Positions 12,736 to 23,035 of a stretch of 64,000 nt of DNA are shown here, one piece after another. This DNA comes from Rhynchobatus australiae. Its lineage: Eukaryota. The stretch covers positions 92,795,102 to 92,859,101 of the forward strand of contig JAUZTB010000107.1 in NCBI GenBank assembly GCA_034780895.1, written 5' to 3'. Position 1 is the stretch's first letter. Each line of letters begins with the position of its first letter. A model generated the notes under the pieces. The model worked only from the letters and a program-made list of their open reading frames with translations. It was not told the origin of the DNA and made no database searches. Made by a program: the position numbers and the translations under genes.

Positions 12736-14520
12736 GTTGGTGCACATCAAATCNNNNNNNNNNCTCATTAACCAAAACCTAATTATCATGCAAGCAAAAA
12801 CAGTAAAGTTATGTTACTTTCTAGTCCTTATTTATCAATGCAAATTAAAATCCTCATGCACCAAACTTTAATTTATCTACAATAAACTCAGCAAGTTCAG
12901 AATAATATAAATGTGGAAGATTTTCAATGTATTTCTTGCTCATATAATTTTGTGGAAAAATAGCATCCAAAATATAGAAAATGCAGTGTAGATTCCATTA
13001 TGAAAATACTTGAAGGAAATCAAAATAATAATTACTACAAATAATACAAGTACAGGTGTACAACGTGAGTGGTTTGAGGCTTTGAAAGAGCAGACAATTG
13101 GGTGGGAAGACTGTAGTTACGTTAATGTTATACAGTAAAACCTCTGCTAAGGATTAAGGAAACTCAGGTGGGGCATTAAACATCAGTGTAAAATGTAAGA
13201 TTTGCCCACATTTCCTCAACCACTAAATTTTGATTTCAATTACAAGGAAATGTTGGTCAATATGTTTTACTTATGCCTGTATATAAATTTACATACATAG
13301 TTATGTGCTTATACCGGGTACGGGTANNNNNNNNNNNNNNNNNNNNNNNNNNNNNNNNNNNNNNNNNNNNNNNNNNNNNNNNNNNNNNNNNNNNNNNNNN
13401 NNNNNNNNNNNNNNNNNNNNNNNNNNNNNNNNNNNNNNNNNNNNNNNNNNNNNNNNNNNNNNNNNNNNNNNNNNNNNNNNNNNNNNNNNNNNNNNNNNNN
13501 NNNNNNNNNNNNNNNNNNNNNNNNNNNNNTAAAATACAGCAAAGATAAATCAAATGAATGATTGTACTCACCATCTCATGAAGTGCTAGATCTTCAAAGA
13601 GGTTGATGCTGCTAATCAGCCTATAACTGCACTGCCCTTATGTAAAAGGTAAATAAACTAAATATGCCTTTTCACTCGTATATTGCATAACACTTGAAAT
13701 AAGGTTCACTATTTGAGCTTATTTTCATAAAAACAAATTTTTGTCGGTTGCATGAGAATTCCGGATGTATGAATAAAGGATAAATAAGAATTTACTATAC
13801 AACTGAACCATAACATATTCACATATGAACTGAACTGTAAAATGAGTGAATATTTTTTCTTGTCCAATTTTTACATATAACCTTAGGCTATCTTTTTAAA
13901 AGAATGATAGAGTATGAAAGTTGTCACAATGTGTATGTGTATGGTAAGTTTTATTGTTGAACATTCATTTTGATAAGTGTATGGTGAAATCCAAATGAGG
14001 GTTCTAACATGCATGTTGGATACTCTGGGCTGTGAAGACTTTGACTCCTCTTTCTCAGAAGGATAGTTTAGTGCCACATTAACAACGTTTTATGAAATGG
14101 AGAATAATTCCAAAATGGTTTAGTTCGCCAAATCCTTTTTTGGTGAAGAGCCTCTAATGATGTCCATTTCCTTGTCCAAACTCTTTTAAAAAATTGTTTT
14201 GGTTCTTGTTTCTGGCCTTTTCATGGATCTTTGCCGTATGCTGTCTAAANNNNNNNNNNNNNNNNNNNNNNNNNNNNNNNNNNNNNNNNNNNNNNNNNNN
14301 NNNNNNNNNNNNNNNNNNNNNNNNNNNNNNNNNNNNNNNNNNNNNNNNNCATGGATCTTTGCAGTATGCTGTATAAATTTTAGACCGATACAAAACACCC
14401 TTCCTATAGTATGTGGTATATAGTATATAGTATACTAACTTACTATAGTGTGGCATCACTGCAGAATATATTTGATAATATGTATATGTCTGTGCATATA
14501 TGTGAAAAGCACATAAGAAA

Positions 14521-14830
14521 CTAGATATACAAGATATACAAAATATTTATTTATTAGTCACATGTATGTTGAAACACACAGTGAAATGCATCTTTTTGCG
14601 TTATTGAGAATGTGCTGGGGCAGCCCTCAAATGTCTCCACTCTTCAGGTGCCAACATAGTATGCCCACAGCTCCTAATCTGTATGTATTTGGAAAAAATC
14701 AGAGCACCCAGAGGAAACCCACACAGACACATGGGGTGAATGTACAAACTCCTTACAGACAGCGGCCGGAATTGAATCCGGGTCGCTGGCGCTGTAATAG
14801 CATTATGCTACTGCTACACAGCTGTGCTGC
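14521..14830 (-). mobile_element. V-domain SINE (HE1-like), near full length, with 7-bp target-site duplication
   Basis: V-domain AGAGCACCCAGAGGAAACCCACACAGACAC...TACAAACTCC; tRNA head with B-box (GGAATTGAATCC on +). TAAGAAA duplicated at 14514-14520 and 14831-14837. Confidence 0.88.
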
Positions 14831-15695
14831 TAAGAAATAGAAGCAGAAGCAGGTCACTCCTGTGGTATCCAATAAGATCATGGCTGATTTTTTTTTACCT
14901 CAATGGAGCATTCCCATATTCCTTGATATCTAAATATCGATTGATATTTAGCTTGAATGTACTCAGTGATTGAGCATCCCTGGCCCTCTTGGGTAGGGAA
15001 TTTCAAAGATTCACTCCCCTCTGGGTGAAGGAATTTCATTTTGTCTCAGTCCTGAACAGCCAGCCCCTTTTTGTGAGACTGTGGCTCCTGGGTTCAGACT
15101 TCTCTGCCAGGGGATCCACTATCCCTGCATCCACCTAGTCAAGACCCAGAAGAATTTCAATGAGACCACTTCTCATTCTTCTAAACTGAGGAAAGATAGA
15201 CCCAGTCTGCTTGATCTCTTCTCATACGACATACTCAGCATTCCAAAAATCAATCTGGTGAACATTCACTGCACTCCTTCTATCACAACCATGTCCTTCT
15301 TCAGGTAGTAAGACCAGAGCTATCCAGAATATTTCAAATCAGTCACACTGTGTAATTGGAGCAAGATGTCTCTAATCTTGTACTTGTATCCCCTGCAACA
15401 AAAGCTACCATAACATTTGTNNNNNNNNNNNNNNNNNNNNNNNNNNNNNNNNNNNNNNNNNNNNNNNNNNNNNNNNNNNNNNNNNNNNNNNNNNNNNNNN
15501 NNNNNNNNNNNNNNNNNNNNCTGCAACAAAAGCTACCATAACATTTGTTTTATCGTAGTTGGTAGCTGTATCAACTGTTAACTTTCAGCAACTTGTATTC
15601 AAGGGTCCCGAGGTCCCTCTGAACAGCACAACTTTTCAATAAATCACCATTCAAAAACTACTTTATTTTTTTCCATCAAAGTGAATGATCCCACT
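14831..15695 (-). mobile_element. CR1-type LINE 3' fragment spanning a 100-N gap
   Basis: Tail TAAGAAATAGAAGCAGAAGCAGG, GAATTTCAAAGATTCAC, CTGGTGAACATTCACTGCACTCC, GACCAGAGCTATCCAGAATATTTCAA: reverse-complement CR1 ORF2 C-terminus. Confidence 0.8.
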
Positions 15696-15739
15696 TATAT
15701 AGGATAATAATAATTAAAATTAATAATAATAATTACAAT

Positions 15740-15918
15740 AGAAGGTGGTTGAGGCATATACAGTTGTTATGTTTGAAAACATTTGGACAGGAACTTGGAC
15801 AACAAAAGGAATAGAGGGATACAGGCTTAATGCAGTAAATACACATCACGGTCAGCATGGGCAAGTTGGGCTGAAGGACCCATTTCTGTGCAGTGCAACC
15901 CTATAACGTTATGACTCC
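15740..15918 (+). mobile_element. CR1 3' UTR fragment
   Basis: GGTGGTTGAGGCA...TTTGGACAGG...GGAATAGAGGGATAC...GGGCTGAAGGACCCATTTCTGTGC. Confidence 0.75.
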
Positions 15919-16294
15919 ATGGACATCTGCCATGTCCTTGCCCATTCACCTACTTGTCTAGGACCCACACAGCTTTGTAACATCTTGCAGTATAGACATC
16001 CTCTAAGAAACCAGACACACCTTCAAAGCTCTCCATGTTTCCTGTACATTAGCCAAACACACTTTATTTGTTATTTCATAATGACTAGGAACCAACAGAG
16101 ACACATATTATACTTTCAATGATGTTCATGATCCAAAGAACAAGAACTTGTGTGAACCACCTAACACTACCAAGATTAAACAACGCATGGAGGATTGTAT
16201 CGAAACACCATACCACACTAATAATGTTGTTTAACATCAACTGTTAGACTTACTTCTTTTATCACTCTACTATGAGTAAAACACAATAACACCT

Positions 16295-16705
16295 CTCTGG
16301 ATCAGGTGGTAACATTCTTGCTTCTGTGTCAAAAGGTTCAAGTTCCAGGCTGGTGCAGAAAAAATTAGGCTGACGTTTCAGTGCAATACTGCAGAGCAAC
16401 TGAACTGTTGGAGGTGCCATTCTTCAGATGGTTCTCTAAACAGGGCACTCTATAAAAGGTCCATACCACTAACTTAAGAAAGAGCCAGGCAGTTATCCCC
16501 AATCTTCTGGCCATTATTCATCCCTCACTCAACAGATAATCTGACATTTGCACTTTGCTGCTGAGGGGATCTTGCTGTGTTCATATTAGTTGCTGTGTTT
16601 CCTATGACAGAGCAGTGACTAAATTTCGGAAGTATTTTAAAGGCTATTAACTGTTCTGGGATATGTGGAAAGTGCTATATTAATGAAAATAGTTAAATAT
16701 TTCTT
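16295..16705 (+). mobile_element. Deu-domain SINE, decayed, near full length
   Basis: Colinear with 2905-3297: GGTAACATTCTTGCTTCTGTGTCAAAAGGTTCAAG, CAGTGCAATACTG, GGAGGTGCCATTCTTCAGATG, CAGATAATCTG, GAAAGTGCTATAT. Confidence 0.7.
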
Positions 16706-17289
16706 CAAATCCTGCATTTGTGTTTCATATCTTACTGGAAGTTCCAACACACATTGCTGGTTTCTCAGCAAGATGCGTATGAAAATCAGTTATTTCCGGA
16801 GTCAGTGTGATCGTGATGATTCCCAGGTTGAATCATACCACTGTGGAAATTCAACTAGATACTTCTGTTCGCAAACTGCATTTGTGCCAAGTGCACGATT
16901 TCTGTGTCAGACACACACAGAATGATGGAATTACCAGAACAATGCTTTCTTAGAGCATGGCCTGAGAAATTAGGCTCTGTTCCAAACAGTGCCTGTTGTT
17001 CAGCACTATAATAACAATCATGTTTTAATAACACTGCTCCTTGAGTTAGTCCATCTGTAGGTACAGCGTCTCTCATTTTGGGCTTTCTTAGTTAACTCCT
17101 GTCCTTTGTTCCCTATCCATCAACATTACTCTTTGACTACCCTCCATTGATTTCCAGCACCTCGGCTCCCCAGTCAAACCCCGCTACTCTCTCCCCAACC
17201 CAATTCTCCGATTCACCCCATAATCTGGCCTTGAGCCCTCAACTCTACTACACCCTGAGTTTCCCATTTTCTTCATGCTGCAAGATCGC

Positions 17290-17392
17290 ACTGACCAAGT
17301 GCTGGTAAATGAGATTAGTAGAGATGGGTACTCGATGGTCAGCAATGGAAGGGGTGGGCTGAAGGGTTGTTTGTGAGCTCTATGACCTATGA
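17290..17392 (+). mobile_element. CR1 3' tail fragment
   Basis: GCTGGTAAATGAGATTAGTAGAGATGGG...GGGCTGAAGGG...CTCTATGAC. Confidence 0.65.
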
Positions 17393-20300
17393 CACTCCCA
17401 CCTCTGGCCCCAAATCTCTAACTGATTCCTGACCTGATGCCCCCAGCTAAAACGCCACTGCTCTTTTCTCTTGGACTTCTCTCCATGTGACGACCCTGGA
17501 CTGGTTCTAGTCCGGGCCTTACCTAATATTTCCATTGCACGCTCCATAACAGTGAGCATATCAAGGGAATTATATAGGAGCCAATCAGCCTGAGGCATTG
17601 TGCGCTGCGAATTTAGCTGTGGCAAAGGGATCTTTGGCACCCAACACAGCCACTGTTTGCTGTGTCTCCCTCACAAACAATGTACTTATAGGCACTACTC
17701 TAGATTACAGCAGTGACTACTCTTTCCTTTTCCTTTACTTGCCTTAACATCCAGAATATTTAACTATGACTAAACGTACATACTGCGTGCACTACATTTA
17801 ACAATCATTCACTCACTACAAACCCCCTGCAGCAAACCTACCCTTGGTCATGAGTACAATTTTGCAAAGTGAAGAAAATCAATATTAATTAAAATGGCAT
17901 GACTGAGACAAGCAGCAGCATAAAGGAAAGTCAATCTCAGTGGCAACAGGCTGGTCATTTAGTAAATTTGATAAGGAGTGGAAACAAATCTTGAGATTAT
18001 TGGCTTCTACTTAAAAATGAAATCAACACATTTGGGGGTCCCTTGGGAAGGGTGTGGAGAGAACTTTAATGCCCCTTTTACTTCTGTCGAGCATAACACA
18101 CATCAAAGTGGAGCTGCATGAGGTATCAGACACTATGTGGTATGTCAGCCTTTTAGGCAACTGTTTTAAAACATTGCTAAATTAAACTCTTAAGGTTTCA
18201 ATTTATTAATCAATTATTAGCAGAGAGGATGGTCGTTTCATGGAGTGTAACAGTTTGCATATTAAGGCCTTTGTGAGTCTCATGTTCATTAACATGAAGG
18301 TGGAATTTGCATTTCTTGATCGACTGTTACAGTTTTAATATCCTTTTTTCTTGTTTTACATCAATCATTGAAACCAGTGCCACCACAGGCCATCATTAAC
18401 CTTCCAAATCTCCCACTAAACAAATACTACAAGAACTCACTAATTTGTAGATCAAACAACCACTTGCCCGTTATATAATTGAAATGAAAGGCAGAATGTT
18501 ACAGTTCTGAAGAGTAAAGTAATTACTAGCTGTTAATTGCTCACTTGAGGTGGCTCTCTTTTAATTAAAAGGAACAGCTAGTTGCATGCCGATAAGCTGC
18601 AGCCATAGACTATGGGTTTTAATCAACAAATCAGTGGGGAAAACAAACATTTCTTTTGGCCGCAGTGAGCATCTGAACCAAAATCCTCAAATGTCCCATC
18701 GAGATTAAGCAAGGGAGTCTGGCTGCACTAGGCAGGTTTTATTTTAACTTAGGGAATGTCTATTTGAGTGTCCCTCCACCATCCCCGCTGGTGCTGAGGG
18801 GACTAATCACATTCTGATGGTTGTGATCACTCAAGTAAAGAAATTTAGCTACTTTCCTCTTGACTTCATCATTCCGGGTAATTGGCCTGTCTCAGATAAG
18901 CAGTCCTTTCTTAACAGCTCTTTAAAGTCTGGAAGGCCCACAGACTGTGAGCTTAATTACTGGCCATATTTCACAGCACTAAGGAGAAATTCAAGGCAGA
19001 AAGAGTTTCACCCACCCTCCAACCTGTCCTCAATTCTATTGTTAAAGACCATTCAACTCCCTCAGTTTCAATTCAAATGCACCTGCTAACTTATTTGAAT
19101 GATAAACAAATTATATAATTATTCAAATCCTAATCCTGATGTGTGGTGTTCTGTGGAGATCATCCTTTGCATTTTGCCAGGAATAAAATCCAAGGTATTT
19201 GCTACAGAGTGATTAAGCTTGCTATATTCAAATCTTTCCGCTTCACAGCAGATCAGATTTTGGATGACACACACTGGCCAATTCAGGTAAGTACGGTTTT
19301 AATTCTCTTTAAAATAAAGTAAAATACATATGTGAATGGCCTTAAAAGACAAGAATTAGCATGGGGAAAAAGTAAGTAATGATATGGAAGAGCTTAGATT
19401 TATAAAATAGGGAAATGGGTGGATTGAGATCAAAAGTTATTCTCCAGTTTATCAAGGAGGAAGGACTAATGTTAGGAGTTGGAAACAAATGCAACATGAG
19501 AACTGCAGACATAATGCAAAGGTAGCCTTGGGAAATTGGAATTTCAGTTAAGTTAATAGTGCTGTGTCAGCCAGTGATTTGGAGGTAGAGTGGGGTATAT
19601 GATTCACAGTGAACAGATTATTGTTCTCCAAAGAAAGTCAGATTACTCAGAAAACAATGCAGAAGAAACAGAATCAATAGCAACTTCTCCCAATAAAAGC
19701 AGGGTTATTAATACAGGAACATGCAGTAAGTGGGGGATAGTTGTATATAAACTATGTGCAAAAATCAATCCCAGACACTTCCCGCAGTGTAATCACCAAG
19801 CTTGATTGACAGGGTAATTACAGTCATGTCTAGTCTGTCTGGTACAAGCATTGTCACCACATGCAGCTTTCAAAAATGCTTTAGGTATACTTATTGAAAC
19901 CACACAGAAAAGGGAAAGAGGCCAGGGTTGGGGAGTGAAGGGGTGGAAGGGAAAGGCGGATAGAGATGGTGGAGAAGGGTTCTGAGAGTGTATAAGGGTC
20001 ATAAATGGGTGCAAATAAACCAGAAGGTTTGAAGGTCGGTTTTACAAGTTTTCAGATATAGAGTTTAGAAAGGTGGGTGCATACTGCTTAATCCAGATCT
20101 GAAGTCTCGTGTAGTTTCCAATTTTCCAGTTGAATTTTGTACTGATGGTAGTAATGCTTGATTACAATTAAACGTAGCACACTCTGCCTCGCATTTATAG
20201 AAAAGGAGCATAGCAATGCACGGAAATGCCATCAACAGACGATATCAGTAGGAAGCCAATGTACATCTGTACCATCTGGGCAAGGACACCAGCAATCAAT

Positions 20301-21329
20301 ACAGCCGGTGACCATAACAGGTAGAATCACTCTTCAAGGTCCTGCTGCCACCTACTCCTTATTATCACTATATATGACAAAAATGTGTGTGCGCCAGATT
20401 TCAATTGCATTGAAGATTCTGGAGAAACACTTGATCTGCCAATACACCTAATGTAGAACTTCAAGATGATATTAAAATTCATTAAATTAAACTGGTGGCT
20501 GTTTGGACTCCAAATCTGGGCTTTTCCGTGGCAATAGTGCAAATGTTAAGAATTAGGCTGAATAAGTCTCCCAAGGTTTTCTGGAACTGCCCTTTTTGTT
20601 TGCTTCATCCAGCAAGTAATTGGGCACTGTAGATTGCCTTAACCTAAATGCATCCTCACACAGAAGCAGACATTTCTTGGAGTTATCCTACAGGTACAGA
20701 CCAACTGGATTATGATGAACTGGCCTTGTGGTTTTGAAATCCTTGGAATTGTGTAAGTGGATCAATGAAACGTTGAACTTTGTGGAATCTACATCCAAAA
20801 CAAAAAGGTCCATACATCTCATTGTGCTCCTGAAGTGCCCACAAGGAAACCATATAGTCCTGCATAAAAGTGCATTGGGAATCAGCAAATTTACTGCGGT
20901 CCCAGTAACAATTTGGAATTAACCAGTTGCCTGGAAGTTCCAGACTACAATAACATTGACAACCCTGAGCAGTGCTGTTCCCTTGGTGGAAATTGGCTGG
21001 AGCTATATCTTCGACTGTGATACATTTCTCTCCCTGCCTCCCTTGCAAAGCAGAGCCTGCAAGTTACATCTCACAATCTGTGAGCATCCACTGGTAGGCA
21101 GTTTTCCCTGCATCAACATTGGCTAAAGAATACAAATATTGGAATAACCCATTGAAAAGTCCTTCAAGAATATAAATAGTAACAGCTGAACAATATATTC
21201 AATAAAAATTAACATGGAGAATAAAAATTCCACTTTCTGATATTCATTCTTCAACCACAGCTCCATGCTATCAGCCCTGATTACACCTACCCCATTGCCT
21301 GTTTTCTGCCACTACAACTGTCTCTGCAA

Positions 21330-21768
21330 ATTCCTCCAAATTCACTGGAAAGATTAGTGAACCAATATTTGTGTCTCTCCCAGTCCAACATCCCCAGTAT
21401 TGAGGCCCAAGTTACGTTGGTCAGGGCACATCATTCGCATGCCTGACAGCAGACTCCTGAAATGGATACCCTATTCCAAGCTCTGCCATGCAAAGTGATT
21501 TGCCAAGCAACAAAGGAAAAAATTCAAAGATGTGCTTAATGCCTCCTTGACATCCTCACTGACTCCTGGGAATCTCTGACCCATGACTGCTGAAAATGGA
21601 GAAGGAACATTTGGGATGGTGTTGAAAGCTTTGAGTGCATGCTTAGGAAATAAAGCAAGTTGTAGAAGGAGCAGACTACCTCACAATCTATCCATCCACC
21701 AGCCCCATTAGCCACCAACTGTGGAATAGTCTGTGGTTCCAACAGTAACCTCATCAGCCACATGAGAG
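21330..21768 (+). mobile_element. RTE-clade LINE 3' fragment (ORF C-terminus), frameshifted
   Basis: Translates piecewise to LRWSGHIIRMPDSRL.K...QRKKFKDVL.ASL...DSWESL.HD...WRR.I, then a decayed C2H2-like end (TGTGGAATAGTCTGT...CTCATCAGCCAC). Confidence 0.8.
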
Positions 21769-22460
21769 CCCAGAGGATGGTAGTGGAGCATTGTTTCTCA
21801 GAATGGAGGCAGGTGACCAGTGGTGTGCTGCAGGGATCAGTGCTGAGTCCTCTGTTATTCTTCATATATAATAATGATTTGGATGAGAATGTAGGTGGCA
21901 TGATTAGTAATTTTACAGATGACACCAAAATTGGTGCAATAGTTTACAGTGGAGAAGGTTGTCTGAGCTTACAACAGGATATTGATCAACTGGAAAGTGG
22001 GCAAAGGAATGGCAGATGGAATTTAACTCATACAAGTGCAAAGTGATGCATTTTGGGAAGACATACACAGAGAATGCAAGACTCTGAGGAGTGTTGTAGA
22101 AGAGGGACTGAGGAATAGAAGTACATGGTTCCCTGAAAGTGGCAACGCAGGGAGACAGTAGAGTGAAGGTAGCATATGGATCACCTGCCTTGATCAGCTG
22201 AGGCATTATTAAGAGTAGGGACATTATGTCACAGTTGTACAAACTATTGGTTAGGCTGCACTTGGAGGAGTGGCTGCAGTTCTGGTTTATAGGAAAGATG
22301 TGACTAAGCTAGACAGGGGTGCAGAAAAATTCACAAGGATATTGCCTGGATTGGAGGGCTTGAGTTATATGGTGAGATTGGATAGGCTGGGTCAATTTTC
22401 CCTGAAGTAAAGGAGCTTCGGAGGTGACATGATACAGGATTTTAAGTTATGGATTTTTTT
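21769..22460 (+). mobile_element. CR1-type LINE RT core fragment
   Basis: ORF 21762-22046: WRQVTSGVLQGSVLSPLLFFIYNNDLDENVGGMISNFTDDTKIG (CR1 GVPQGSVL / FADDTK); frameshifted downstream. Confidence 0.92.
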
Positions 22461-22993
22461 AAATGTCCTTCTGAGGGAATAAAGGTCAACCTGCAAAATT
22501 AGCTTCTCAGGGTCAGAGACGCTGCTCAGAAATGATTGCATTGTTAACTTATCACAAAAAACCATTGTTATTAATTCAGCAAAGTTCAAGATGTTCAGTG
22601 GTATTGAAGATGGGACATAAGTAGTTGAAGTTCATGTTGATTCACTGGTCCAATGTTGATTGGGTTTATAGAGATTGAAACTGTACAGAGGAGCAAGGAA
22701 TCATTGACATTGAATTCTGAGTTTTCACCTATGATTCCATACATGTGGTCAAGTCAAATTGCCATCAGTTTTGCATGGCAGCAAGAGTCAATGGATTGCT
22801 ATCATTATTTGCTATTAAGGTTGCATTGTACCTGCACCCCACGATATGGTGCATTTGACAATAAACTCAACTTGGATGTTAATACTGCAAATTCTGGGTG
22901 ACTATCTATGTCCAAATGTAATTTGATGGATATCCATCAAAATCAACTTTCGTCTGATTTTCTAATCACTCTTAGATACCAAATGTGCCCTGC

Positions 22994-23035
22994 TGTGGGA
23001 AGACAGGACATCATTTGTGGGAAGACAGGACATCA
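22994..23035. repeat. Perfect 20-bp tandem duplication (period 22)
   Basis: TGTGGGAAGACAGGACATCA at 22994-23013 and 23016-23035. Confidence 0.9.

Noticed and set aside
13883-14249. Coding exon on the minus strand
   Set aside because: Stops in all frames and no recognisable protein.
22994-23035. Direct repeat as a CRISPR-like array
   Set aside because: Two copies 2 bp apart, no spacers, eukaryotic context; a simple tandem duplication.
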